A stretch of DNA of 62,840 nucleotides, the filler included. It is 20 parts of 20 records of this genome, joined end to end, with 100 filler letters (N's around TTAATTAATTAA, not from the genome) between each part and the next. Parts side by side here need not be neighbours in the genome. Positions count along the whole stretch, not along the records: positions 1 to 5,822 come from SRR16133337_26481; positions 5,923 to 7,962 come from SRR16133337_26689; positions 8,063 to 10,930 come from SRR16133337_26877; positions 11,031 to 14,414 come from SRR16133337_27120; 16 more parts are not named here. One strand, 5' to 3'. The translations under genes and the position numbers were made by a program. The notes beneath the pieces were generated by a model, which searched no databases, had not been told where the DNA came from, and saw nothing but the letters and a program-made list of their open reading frames with translations. Shown one piece after another: positions 1 through 11,344 of this stretch. Position 1 is the stretch's first letter. The number at the start of each line of letters is the position of its first letter.

Positions 1-192
1 TTGTGGATAAAACTCGGATAAAATGGCTACTAATGAATTTTACTTGCAACTAAGTTCAATCTCCATTTATTTCTCAACCTTTTAGAATAACAATCGTCTT
101 GATTATTTAGTTTATCGACAAAGCCTAAACGTTTTTAAGTTAGAATAGTTTATATAAAATAAGAAATTCAGTATATACATATAAGGTGACAT

Positions 193-3100
193 TCAAGCAG
201 AGAAGGCTACATTCTTGCTTGAACTTATTACATTTATATCTTCATCTTCCTCATCATTTTCATCATCCCCCTCTATTGGTATAGGATTACTACGTAAATT
301 ATATTTCTTACGGACAAGGTTAGTGTTTTTCTTTTGGGTCGGGATAATTGTTGGAGTAATTTGCTTTTCCCCTGGTTTTATAGAACTGTCTAATTGTTTA
401 GTAGTTTCTATAGGCTCAAATAGCTGTGTTGTTTCTTCATCAATTATATCATCATTCAGAACATAACCCTCATTGTCTTTCCCATTTAATTCTTCGGCTA
501 AAGTCGGATGTTCAAATTTAGTAAATTTTCGAATAGCCTCAAATGCAGTTTCATCCCACATTTGTAAATCAATTGATAAAATATCCTTTACTTCTATTGG
601 AATATTAAATTCAGGATCATGAGGAATATATTTTTTAACATGTACTTTGCTGTAAATAGAAGTAAAATTATCTGCACATCGTGCCAGAGTGAGAGTAGAA
701 AAATGTACTTTTAGTACTACAAATACATCTGTACTAAATTTTGTTCTCAAACTAGGATTAACGCCAACAACTATCGATCTATCCAAAACAAAGACATAAT
801 CTCCTGTTTCAAATTTAGGTAATTTCCGGTTAACATTTAGATAAGATCTAGAATTAACATTCTGTGATCGAATCATTTCTCTTACAATTTCTATAGCTTG
901 TTTATTTGCTACTGAACTGTGGTCGAACAAAATCTTTTTGTTTGAAGATAAACTTGATTCCTTGATTTCATTGATATTGAAGATGGAATCACAATTTTCT
1001 GAATCGGCATATAATAATTGCAATGGACTAAAGCCAGTTTTAGTACATTTATGTACATTATGTGCTTTAACGATCAAAGGAATATATGCATGCCAAAACT
1101 TTGTTTCGGAAATAGCTAAAATGCGTTTTAAAGATTTTTTTACATATTTAACTCTGCTTTCAGCTAAACCATTCGAAGTAGGTGAAAATCTAGCAATTGA
1201 GATCTTTTCGATTCCCAATGAATTTAATACCTCCAAAAAGGTATTGCTTGTAAAGCAAGGCCCGTTATCAGATAAAATCTTTTTGACATTGAAGAAAGGA
1301 AAAATAGCATATTTAAAAATATAGATAACCTCATCCGAAGTTTTAGATTTCAAAGGAAATGCCCACAATAAATCTGATAGGGGGCAGACAATAATTAACA
1401 AATGACTGTATACTCCTGATTTAGGCAGGGACTCTGCTAAATCACAGACTAATATTTGTCCGGGGTATGAGGGTATAGGGTATGTTCCTAGTTTATGACT
1501 AAATGAATTGGGATTAGTTAATGAACAACTATAACACGCTCTTAAAAACACTTTAACCTTTTTGTCCTTAAGTTTAATATAATATGGTTTTAAAATACTA
1601 ATTAATTTTAAATACCCAGCATGATTTGATGTAAGATGATAAAAAGAAATAAATAAAGCCACCATTGTCTCTGGTAGTAGCAACTGAACATCATTGTTCT
1701 TTTCAACATAAATTAAACCATTTTTTAAACGATAATGTACAGCGTCTTCAACAAGCAAAAACTCTTCAGCAAAAGTGATTTTTTGCAATAGTTCTGAAAA
1801 CTCAAGCTTTTGTTCATTCCGAACAGCTGTATGCGACATCCTTTGTGCTAGCACTGAAAGTGGTTTAACCCAATTATTTACATGAGTTGCTACTTTAGAC
1901 AGACTTGATACAGATGGTAATGGTCCTTTTTCAAGTTTTACCAAACCGTGTTCGTTATTCTTAACGAAATCTTGGAATTCTTGTATTCCAAACTCCTGCC
2001 CCTTCAGGCGATTCAAAATAGTTTCATCTACAGTCCATTCTTTAAAATTAAATCTTGGTAAATCCATGGCTCTGACTACATAATTTCTAGTTAAGTAGTC
2101 ACTAATATTTTTTCCTGAAGTAATGAATTTCAATTTAATATTAGGAAATTTTTCTAGAATTTCAAGGCACCAACGATTTAATTGAGGATTTCCGTCTTGG
2201 GATTTTTTTGAAAACGTTTGGAAAAGTGCCCGGTTATCTACAAAAGTTAGACATTCCGCACCCGCAATTAATTTTTTGAAATGTCGTAAAGCTAAAATTA
2301 AAGCGTTAATTTCCAATTGATTTATTGTTTTATTTAAATCCGCCTCTGGAATGACTTTAGACCAGAATGATACTATTTCGAGTTTCTGTTCAAATTGTTT
2401 CAAATTGAAATCTTTATTTTTATCAAAATAAAATGGTCTAAAAATGGGGTATTTGTCATTTTTATAGATACCAAAAATAAAGGGCGGATTTGTATAATCC
2501 TCACCATACATAAAATGTTTTTCTAGATCATGTATTTCCAATTCACTGATAAAAATGCATTTTCTTCTTAAAATTTGAGGCAGCACCTCTAAAATGTACA
2601 TTTTTTCGTCGATAAAATATCCTGATTCAAGATCTTGTTTTAGGAAGGCATTATAATTTCCCAAATGTGAATCAAACTGAAAATCCTTAATTTTTTGTGC
2701 AGCCATGCTTGGTTTTAAGCCCATAATTAAGTCCTTCTTTAAATCAGATATAGATGTTAATTTACAACCTAATTTGTATTGTAAAGATCGAATCGAAAAA
2801 AACAGTGAATTTTTTACTGTATCTTCAGAGAAACCTTTTAATTTCAATTTAAAATAATTTCTTTCTTCAGTGGGATCCTTTTCCAGTTTTGATTTTTGTA
2901 TAAACTCGGCATGTAGGTATAAAGGAATGGGTTCATATTCGAGTCTCTGATCGAACAAGTAGTTATGTATAGGATCATTTAAATACAAATATTCGGGTAA
3001 ATAAACTTTAGTTTCCGAATTGTTAGCCACCTGGGCCAAAACTGCAGAATAACTTCCAAATTTTGAATTTGCCGCATCCGTGAATAGAATTTTTTTACTG

Positions 3101-5640
3101 TAAGGACAGATAATATTACTAAATATCTCCCTAGTACACAGTTTTCTTTTTAAACTTTCAAAAGCCTTTTTGTGTATATCTTGCATTTCAAAAATCGAAG
3201 AACTGCTTGTCAGTGGGTTTAAGATATTTATGTCCTCAAAAAAATCTGCTGGCATAACTGATCTAATTGTATTACATAACCCTAAAAAAGAGCGAATTCC
3301 TTTTTTATTTTCCGGAAAGGGGGCGGCTAATAATTTACCAACACGTTTAGGATCTGGAAGAAGTTTGTGATACTCAATTTTCCATCCCAGATAAAGAATT
3401 GAGTCTTTGCAAAAAGAACTTTTTTCTATAGAAATTTTTGCATTATGGAAATCTAAACGTTCCATTATGATTCGTACTAAGCGAAAATGTTCCTTAACAG
3501 ATTCCTTATACGTTTCTTTTAGATCTGAAGCTATTAGAACATCATCATAGAAAATGTATACTCCAGTCAGGGGAGCATATTTCATTTTTACTAAGTTCGG
3601 TTTCTCATAAACCAACTCTCCATTTTTATCATAGATCGGTATGTAATTTATAATACGATCTCCTAATTCCGCAAAAACTGCAGGACTACTACATAATCCT
3701 TGGCTCAGTTTGTTAAAAACATATTGACCAGAACTCGTACAAAATCTGGTATATTGTTTTGATTCAGGATCTAAATCCATTGAATAATACGCGGATGATA
3801 AATCGGTAATAGTAAATAAACATTTATTTCTCAATGAATGTAATATAGTACTTAGATCTGGTATGATTGGTGGGAAAGACTCTATAACTGAATTAATAAG
3901 GGAGTAGTTAATGATTAACCGTGCACTGGATTCTAAATTTTTTCTACTAACTAAATAACCAGGACTGGCAAAACTTGAAGCAGTATCTGTATGATTGACT
4001 TTACTAATAATTTTAAATTTTAGCAAAAAGGCACAGATATCTTCAATATGTTGTTTTTCATGACCAGACAAAAAGTATATTTTTTTATACTTGGGTAATT
4101 TAGTTCCCTTTTTTAAAACAATTTTGTATGTTGACAAAGTCTTTGACATGTTGCCCACATCATAAGTAGACCGAGAAATTATGTTAGGAAAACTTTCTAA
4201 AAGAATTTCCTTTAAATAAGGGCGAATTTCAGGGGGATAGTTATCTAAAATCAAAATATCCTTAATCTCCGAAAAGGCTTCAATTCCATGGCCTATATTA
4301 TTTGGTGAAAATTCTAAATCAGACATTTGTTCTACTGGTTCTATTTGTTTAATTGGGTCTACTATTTTCGTAATATCTAAATCATTTAAATCAGATACAT
4401 TTTGTGTGTCATACCCTGCAAGCGAAAAATGTTTAAAACTAGATGAAATAGATTGGTCTGTGGATAACTCGGCATTTACTTTTATGGTTGAATGACGCGT
4501 GAGGGGTAATTTATGAGCACTCACAGAGTTTATTATCTTCCTCGTTAACAAATCCTTTTCGGCATAAGGTGAAATAATCCGATAATCTCGGGGATTATAC
4601 ATTTCTACATCAAACACGCATAGTTTAGAAAAGTTAGCATTTGTCAGATTAGTAATACAAACTACTGGGTGTTTATTTGTTAACAAATTTAAAGTGGGGG
4701 TTACTCGAATGTCATCATTATAAGTTTCATAGGAAATCAGCACCGAATCATTTAATGAAAATGGATTGACATTATTTAACTTTACACTACAAAACTTGGT
4801 TTCACCAGGTTCGAGAGATATAGTTTCTCTTGCATTATATAAAGCATTTTTAAAACAAGTCATTAATTTTCCCTCAGCTACATAAGGTTTTTTCATAGTA
4901 AACTTAGTTTTTAACACATTTTTATGCAATTCAAAAGATGTATCCAAAATATGTTTCATCATTGAGTCCAAACCTATAACTACTGGAAAATAGACCTGAA
5001 GTGAATCCACTACAAAAAAGTTCATAAGAAATGGAGGTTGTTCTAAATTCCACTGAATGTACAATTCAACCATTCCTACAACTGACATCGAATGATTCGA
5101 AAAACTTAATAAACTGTCTACAGGACTTTTCATTAACATATTTTTAACCGACTCTAAAGGAAAAAGAGTTTTTAGCAAATCATAAGTTAAGAGAGTAACA
5201 TCAGCACCTGAATCCAACATAAATATAGTCTTTTTAACTTTATCATTTTCTAATTTTAAATACATTTCCCCAAAAAACTTTTTACCATAATTGGACTGTT
5301 TCACACTTTGTTTAACATCCTCATTAAGAGTGATAATTTTGTTTTTTGACATATTTTTTGAATTGATAAGATTTAAAACAGACAACGCACAAACAGACAT
5401 ATTATTGTGCAGATTCAGATCGTTTTCTGACTCAAAAATAGGTGGCATAATTGGCTCTTCTGGAAAGGTATCAGCACAAATCTTTATATCTTCAAATAAT
5501 TTAATACTTTTATCCATAGTATGAATAAGGTTTGCTGATAGGGCTGTTTCAATTAAATTCGACGAATTTGATTTTAAACTATTTTTTTTTATTCCCAAAG
5601 GGGTAAGATTTGAACCTGATAATTTTCCTGAATTTAATTG
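193..5640 (-). CDS. pol: Ty3/gypsy-type LTR retrotransposon Pol polyprotein (PR-RT-RNase H-IN)
   Basis: 1801-aa ORF; the frame stays open 14 codons further upstream to the TGA at 5641-5643. Aspartic protease FMLDSGADVTLL, RT motifs (ITDLSSAYY, LSQGLCSSPAVF, IFYDDVLI, YLGWKI), RNase H (LFTDAA, LEINAL, FVDNRAL, ISDYLTR), integrase HHCC finger (HLTSNH...CYSC) and D-D-E core (VCDL, SDNG, GLAE). PR-RT-RH-IN order is the Ty3/gypsy arrangement. Confidence 0.93.
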   Translation of the reverse strand, partial: QLNSGKLSGSNLTPLGIKKNSLKSNSSNLIETALSANLIHTMDKSIKLFEDIKICADTFPEEPIMPPIFESENDLNLHNNMSVCALSVLNLINSKNMSKNKIITLNEDVKQSVKQSNYGKKFFGEMYLKLENDKVKKTIFMLDSGADVTLLTYDLLKTLFPLESVKNMLMKSPVDSLLSFSNHSMSVVGMVELYIQWNLEQPPFLMNFFVVDSLQVYFPVVIGLDSMMKHILDTSFELHKNVLKTKFTMKKPYVAEGKLMTCFKNALYNARETISLEPGETKFCSVKLNNVNPFSLNDSVLISYETYNDDIRVTPTLNLLTNKHPVVCITNLTNANFSKLCVFDVEMYNPRDYRIISPYAEKDLLTRKIINSVSAHKLPLTRHSTIKVNAELSTDQSISSSFKHFSLAGYDTQNVSDLNDLDITKIVDPIKQIEPVEQMSDLEFSPNNIGHGIEAFSEIKDILILDNYPPEIRPYLKEILLESFPNIISRSTYDVGNMSKTLSTYKIVLKKGTKLPKYKKIYFLSGHEKQHIEDICAFLLKFKIISKVNHTDTASSFASPGYLVSRKNLESSARLIINYSLINSVIESFPPIIPDLSTILHSLRNKCLFTITDLSSAYYSMDLDPESKQYTRFCTSSGQYVFNKLSQGLCSSPAVFAELGDRIINYIPIYDKNGELVYEKPNLVKMKYAPLTGVYIFYDDVLIASDLKETYKESVKEHFRLVRIIMERLDFHNAKISIEKSSFCKDSILYLGWKIEYHKLLPDPKRVGKLLAAPFPENKKGIRSFLGLCNTIRSVMPADFFEDINILNPLTSSSSIFEMQDIHKKAFESLKRKLCTREIFSNIICPYSKKILFTDAANSKFGSYSAVLAQVANNSETKVYLPEYLYLNDPIHNYLFDQRLEYEPIPLYLHAEFIQKSKLEKDPTEERNYFKLKLKGFSEDTVKNSLFFSIRSLQYKLGCKLTSISDLKKDLIMGLKPSMAAQKIKDFQFDSHLGNYNAFLKQDLESGYFIDEKMYILEVLPQILRRKCIFISELEIHDLEKHFMYGEDYTNPPFIFGIYKNDKYPIFRPFYFDKNKDFNLKQFEQKLEIVSFWSKVIPEADLNKTINQLEINALILALRHFKKLIAGAECLTFVDNRALFQTFSKKSQDGNPQLNRWCLEILEKFPNIKLKFITSGKNISDYLTRNYVVRAMDLPRFNFKEWTVDETILNRLKGQEFGIQEFQDFVKNNEHGLVKLEKGPLPSVSSLSKVATHVNNWVKPLSVLAQRMSHTAVRNEQKLEFSELLQKITFAEEFLLVEDAVHYRLKNGLIYVEKNNDVQLLLPETMVALFISFYHLTSNHAGYLKLISILKPYYIKLKDKKVKVFLRACYSCSLTNPNSFSHKLGTYPIPSYPGQILVCDLAESLPKSGVYSHLLIIVCPLSDLLWAFPLKSKTSDEVIYIFKYAIFPFFNVKKILSDNGPCFTSNTFLEVLNSLGIEKISIARFSPTSNGLAESRVKYVKKSLKRILAISETKFWHAYIPLIVKAHNVHKCTKTGFSPLQLLYADSENCDSIFNINEIKESSLSSNKKILFDHSSVANKQAIEIVREMIRSQNVNSRSYLNVNRKLPKFETGDYVFVLDRSIVVGVNPSLRTKFSTDVFVVLKVHFSTLTLARCADNFTSIYSKVHVKKYIPHDPEFNIPIEVKDILSIDLQMWDETAFEAIRKFTKFEHPTLAEELNGKDNEGYVLNDDIIDEETTQLFEPIETTKQLDSSIKPGEKQITPTIIPTQKKNTNLVRKKYNLRSNPIPIEGDDENDEEDEDINVISSSKNVAFSA

Positions 5641-5820
5641 TCAATTATGATGCCTTGATCTCTGGTTACCCGATGACTTGGATGTTTTAGACATTACGAC
5701 CCCATTATCCTTTTCATGAAAACAATATTTTTCGGGATGAAACAGACTTACTCCTTTTGCCTTAAGACATATATTACAGGCCTTTTGAGCGGGTACAATC
5801 ATGATTGGTTTATTATTTGC
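5641..5820 (-). CDS. gag: C-terminal fragment of retroelement Gag with atypical CCHC zinc knuckle (truncated by contig end)
   Basis: Manual translation of 5820->5641: ANNKPIMIVPAQKACNICLKAKGVSLFHPEKYCFHEKDNGVVMSKTSKSSGNQRSRHHN*. C-x2-C-x9-H-x4-C at 5722-5778; same frame as pol. Confidence 0.75.
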   Translation of the reverse strand, partial: ANNKPIMIVPAQKACNICLKAKGVSLFHPEKYCFHEKDNGVVMSKTSKSSGNQRSRHHN

Positions 5821-5822
5821 AT

Positions 5823-5922
5823 NNNNNNNNNNNNNNNNNNNNNNNNNNNNNNNNNNNNNNNNNNNNTTAATTAATTAANNNNNNNNNNNNNNNNNNNNNN
5901 NNNNNNNNNNNNNNNNNNNNNN
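5823..5922. other. Artificial contig-joining linker (first of 19)
   Basis: 44 N + TTAATTAATTAA + 44 N. Others at 7963-8062, 10931-11030, 14415-14514, 16743-16842, 19103-19202, 21957-22056, 29910-30009, 36034-36133, 38438-38537, 40705-40804, 42831-42930, 44995-45094, 47291-47390, 49728-49827, 52378-52477, 54531-54630, 56746-56845, 59917-60016. Confidence 0.99.
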
Positions 5923-6257
5923 AGTCATCCTACTAAACAAACACCTTAATTCAATTTTTATAGGTCACTAAATCTGATTGACTAAACGCGAAATACTTCC
6001 GATTGATTCACATGTAAGAACAAAAAGTAGCCAGACAAATCGTGGAAACCACAACTATTCTTAAATTTTGAGCTGAACCGAATGCCAACCACCATTCGCA
6101 AATGTGCAAGAAGCTGAAAGTTGGGTCACACACATTATATTGTAATCTCATGTTTTGGAATTGATCATTTGAGGAGAAGCGAGTGTACTGCCACACTCAA
6201 CTCTTACCACACCTCTCCCATTCATATCCACCTCGCAGAAAAATTATTGTGCCATAC

Positions 6258-7324
6258 CTTGTACTCCTTCTACGATTGCGTTTACTCCGGTGTCTGTTTC
6301 GTGACGCGTTGGATTCTGCGCGACATTTATGAATTGCCGTTCTCGTCATGTGCTAAAAAACAACACAAATCCAAAGTCAGTCAACTAAGCCCCCCAAACC
6401 TCCCTACACTATTAAGGATTTTCTGCGACCTGTTTCCTCCAATAGTTACAGGTTCTGTAAGAGTCAACAACGTAAACGTTTTTTGTTTTACATGAAAATC
6501 AAAATTGTGTTTAGGAATGAAAAATGTGATTTTTGAGAAACTCTACCAACTTTCTTTTCAAAATAAAACACTCCACCATTCTAATCGTATTTTTTTCGAA
6601 AAAAAAATTAATCAGAATTGATAAAATTCCCAACATCCAGCTGCAAATGACACAATATTTTTGCGATGCTGAACAGAAACTTTAGTAAGAAGCAAAAAAA
6701 GGTAAACTTTTGGGGCTCCTTTCCTTTGGTCCAGCGAACACATTTCATTTTACGTGTTGAAAAAAACAAAATCCGTGAGCACCCCACTGTATCATGGCTT
6801 TTGAAACCGTGAGACAAAAATGTGGAAACGAATGTCTGAAATGCACTCTGGTGAGGAAATACAATGGGAAATAAAAATTACAAAACGAAAAAATCGAACT
6901 TAGTACATACAGTTGGAAATTTGGCGCCGAGAACATGTTCCATTAATGCAAGATGCTCTGAATCTTCATGTGTCCCGAATAACAGTTCTCCTGTAAGAAG
7001 TTCGGCGAGAATACACCCAACAGACCACATATCTGACGGAAAGCTCCATCCAAGTCCTAAAAAAAACGAAGGAAAAAAGAAAAACGTGAGACAAAACATA
7101 TTTTCAAAAAACACTCTCAAGATTGGGGCTTTTATAACAATAGTTACGTCGTTGCTCGTTCGAAAATGCGCCGTCGACTCAGAAAACATACCAAGAATTA
7201 CTTCAGGAGCACGATACTGTCTCGTGTTAACCATTCGTGCGTGATGTTCGTTGTCAAATGTTGCACCACCAAAATCAATCAACCTGATCGCTGTACTCAC
7301 TGGCATTCGAAATTCTTTTCTCCC
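6258..7324 (-). CDS. Eukaryotic LAMMER/CLK-family protein kinase, internal spliced exons (partial)
   Basis: Exons 7324-7192 ([33 protein letters not shown]), 7056-6911 ([19 protein letters not shown]...[18 protein letters not shown]) and probably 6352-6258 (HMTRTAIHK...). GTATG donors and pyrimidine-tract AG acceptors join in phase; EHLALME is a LAMMER-motif variant. Confidence 0.88.
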
Positions 7325-10300
7325 CTGAATAAAAACATTCGTATTCTGTACACTGAAAAAAATCCCAAGCATTTGGAAAAATAAAAAATAAAAATTGAAA
7401 TGGTTTATCAACACACACCACACACACAGTCCCTTATATCTGGATGGGAAAAATCATATTTGTTTTGCATTCAGATAGGGGTCCACAATGAAATCATGGA
7501 AAATTTGTGTGTTTTCATATGAAAAAGTGCATGTTTGGTGTGCGGTTGGAAAAAAACGTTTTTCTAGAAATGCGAGAGACAAATCCAGAATTTCGCTTTT
7601 CGAAATAACCAATATATTCCCCCAGTACACTCAAATGCTTGGGAGAAAATCGCGAGATTTTAAATTTTTCACATGAGCTCTGGTAGACGAGGTAATTGTC
7701 TATTGGTTTCCACACTCTTAATACCATCATTTCCCCAAAAACGTCTCATTTCTTAAAAGTTCATTTAAAAGGGAAGGAAAAGACCAACCCATTTTCACAT
7801 AAATTTCTAACAATCAAAACATTTGCACCGATCGTTTCCAAAGGAAAAAGTATTTCCCTTAAATCACCTATATTCAGAAGGCAAAAATTAATAGGTAGGC
7901 ACAAGAAACATAGTTTTGCATGTGTTTCAAAAACAACAAATAGTTGTAGAGTTTGACATAAGNNNNNNNNNNNNNNNNNNNNNNNNNNNNNNNNNNNNNN
8001 NNNNNNTTAATTAATTAANNNNNNNNNNNNNNNNNNNNNNNNNNNNNNNNNNNNNNNNNNNNTGTCGAAACTCAATCCGTTTGAGGCACCAGACTGGGAA
8101 ATTTTCTACACGAGAAGCTTGGGACTTTTTCAAGGTTGGAATGCAGTGTAACGCTTGCACAACATCATTTGCTTTTCTTTCCATGGTCATGAGATATTGA
8201 ATATGTATTATGTTTTGCTTAATGGGTATTTTTGCTGTTATCGTGGCATGAAGTTCATAGCACTGGCTATGGTGTCATCAAGGTGTCATAATTATTTGAG
8301 GTTGTGAAACAAAATGACAAGACAAACTTGTTCTTGTTAATCTTTTGGAGTTGTTAGAAAGTATTGTAGCAAAGTTAAAAGTGTTAGAGTTCATAAAAAA
8401 AATCCCACTGAACTTTAAAATGCGCAAAAATTTTCGTTTGTAGTGATACGAAAGTCGAGTTTAATCACATTCGTTTTTATTTTCTAAACATGTTGATTGA
8501 CGAGCACAGGCACTGTATTTGTGGAATTCCAGTCAGAGGAATTTGAATTCATTTAATTCATAAACCGAATAAGAAAGTATGTATGTGTGTTGATATGTTT
8601 GTGTGTCTTTCACGTTAGAAAAACCAGAATACGTTTTATATTTTCCGGATGTATCAGATGACATAATTTTACGTGAGAGAACAGGATGGTGGAAGAATGG
8701 TAGGAAAAATATTCCTCCTCCAAACCAATACGTACAAATGAATCCAAACGATGTTGTAACAGGATATGAATGTGCTAAATATGGCTGTTTGAAGGATGGG
8801 GATTGTATGCGATCCAGTGCAGAGTATTGGCCAAAAGCTTCACGAATTGTTTCAAAAGACTTAAGTCTCGCTCATAATCACATAAGAAATAAACTGTTCA
8901 TTCGAATGTATTACATCATTTATAAGACAGGTAACAATTGAATTCAATAAATCTAATAGTTTGTGTTTGCAGATTTCTGATTACTGGATGCTATGACACT
9001 TTTTTTCGCAGCTGTTATTGTCCATTTCATGCTGGAAGCAACATAGTTTTGTCAAAACAACAAAATTATATTCAGTGTTACGTCATATCACAGGTTTTTG
9101 CCATTGTATGTAAGATTGGGAAACTTTAGGAATATAAAAGTTTCATTATTTTGCAGACCATTGATAGTCCATAAAATAAAAACTTTATCTTTACGTCGTC
9201 ATATTATCCAAAGCAACAAAATTACGGAATGTTTTCCAAGCATGAGTGCATAGCTCTCAGTGTTTTTTTAATACATCCGACGACATGCAAAATGATGCTG
9301 TGCTACATTGTTTTGTTGTTATATGATGATATATACATGTCTACAAGTTGAAATAATCAGTTTGGAAGAATTTGGCAACAAATTTACGACCGAAAAAGAA
9401 AAGTTTAAGATCAACTACATTCCACTAAGAATTTTGTTGTGAATGTTGTAGGAACAGCAGGAAAGCGAAAACCACTACCTGAGTGTTTGAAATGGGGAAT
9501 CCGACTTAGATGGCCCTCGCCAAATCATGTGTACAAGGGGTTTAGAGAAAAAGTAAGTTGTTTCGTGACAGTGTAGGAATTTTATTGTGGAAACATAACG
9601 GGCTCCTGCACGTTCACAACACTTTTCTCTTTCTCTACTGCACACATACACATAAAACTGCGGACAACAACAAAGTTTTGTGTTCAGTTTTATCTTACGA
9701 ATTATTAACACGAAACAAAATTATTTGTGTCAATTCACATTTTCCATTAACAAGGTTTTCCTTGCACGGGTATGGCACGATCGTTCCCTCCCCACAACGA
9801 AACTGTATTTTTCATCCCCTTACCAACGAAACCCGTCATTCTTGCTAGTGATTTCGCACTTCGTGACATCTACCACTGTTTCCATTGTGAAAAAACTTAC
9901 GCCAACTTGTTTCTGTTGTAGATGTGATAATACCAATGTTCCGTTCAATTAAAATTCACGCACTGCATTACAAGAAATTTTATAACGAAAATTTTTTTGA
10001 TTATGTAAGGTTTCCGTCTGTCAGTAACATTTAAGATGTAAAACATTCAGTGTGATAACCTTGTTAAAATTTAAGTTAAAGAGACATGCTCGAACAATGC
10101 TAATTACAATTTCTGTTTTTATTTAGTGAAAGAAGTGATAACTCTAACTTGGTGCTGCAACTGCTTTCATTTCTTCAAGAATAAAACTCATTAAACGTTT
10201 TTTCCATGATTTTCTGAGTTTCTTCTCCGCCTCATATGTAGGTGATCCTTCCTCACCAAATTTTGTTGATATGTGATCCGCATTCCACGCCATAATTGCT

Positions 10301-11344
10301 AAAAATACACAAAATTATCTTGAAAAAATAATATGAGCAAAAATTAGTGCCTTTACAATTTGAGTATTCACAAACAACAAAGCGCAATATTTTTGAATCC
10401 ACGCAGCCTCGTTTATGTCAACAAATCACATATATTTTATCACTACATCATTTCAAATTTTATGTTTGAAAACTTTTACACGCTTGAAACATTTCGCATA
10501 TCTTCTGTACGAACGTATGATAATTTTTGCTTAAATTCTCTGGAACGAAACAATAGAATTAGAATGTCGTTCATATGCATGTTTATAATGCATATGCAAA
10601 GAACGAGACCAATCTAGAAGCTAAAAATTTACAAATACAGGTAAACAAGTGTGCGAAAATTTTTAGTACAAGATTAAAAAAGTTCGTCTCCTTCTGCTCA
10701 ACTTCAAATTTTTGTAAATATAAACACTGGATGTCATGAAAGTAAGGAATGGAATACACATAGTTGATAGATATAAACATATGAACATATATATTTTCAT
10801 ATTACAAATTTCAAAACCACAATTACTTACTACATTATTTATATTATCCTACCTATAAATGTACGCATTGGGAACTGCTTTTATAGTATATTCGCTTCTC
10901 AGCCCATTTCAATCGGAAGTGATGCCACGANNNNNNNNNNNNNNNNNNNNNNNNNNNNNNNNNNNNNNNNNNNNTTAATTAATTAANNNNNNNNNNNNNN
11001 NNNNNNNNNNNNNNNNNNNNNNNNNNNNNNTTAAGCAAAATCTTAGACCAACAACTGCGACTTAAGAATGGTTAGCACAGCGCGGATTCAAGTTGCTCAG
11101 TCTGCCTGAGAAGTATATCTTGGCTGTTTTTCCCAATCCAATTTCTCAAATGGTACTCAAATTTTGGGTGTTTGCCACATTTTTCCTGCAATAGAGGCAA
11201 AAACCGGAGTTGTTTATAAAGCTGTCTTTGGAATGATAGTGATATGAACGTAGACAGAAAAATGCGCCATCCACAAAGTTTTTGTGATTCTAGTGCTGAC
11301 GTTTGTGAAACACAGCATTTTCAAGCGAGAAAGTGATATTATTT

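Larger units (their letters stand above)
1..5822 (-). mobile_element. Partial Ty3/gypsy-like LTR retrotransposon (LTRs not visible on the contig)
   Basis: gag end plus intact pol fill the contig; no clear polypurine tract or LTR in the 192 nt after pol. Confidence 0.88.

Noticed and set aside
1-10. TTATCCACA DnaA-box match on the minus strand
   Set aside because: A single 9-mer in the 3' flank of a eukaryotic retroelement with no oriC context.
193-5598. Reading the RT as a bacterial retron, DGR, group II intron or defence RT
   Set aside because: Protease, RNase H, integrase and a Gag knuckle identify an LTR retroelement, and it sits on its own contig unlinked to bacterial genes.
5867-5878. 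TTAATTAATTAA repeated 19 times, superficially a dispersed repeat or array
   Set aside because: Always centred in a 100-nt N linker; it is an artificial all-frame-stop joiner.
6878-7423. 181-aa ORF as a complete kinase with a hydrophobic insertion
   Set aside because: The 'insertion' is a 135-nt GT-AG intron (7057-7191) that happens to be in frame; the ORF ends are also intronic.
8063-10930. Exon-like segments (e.g. 8620-8930 plus strand, about 10150-10297 minus strand)
   Set aside because: Plausible splice sites, but no assignable family or reliable gene model.
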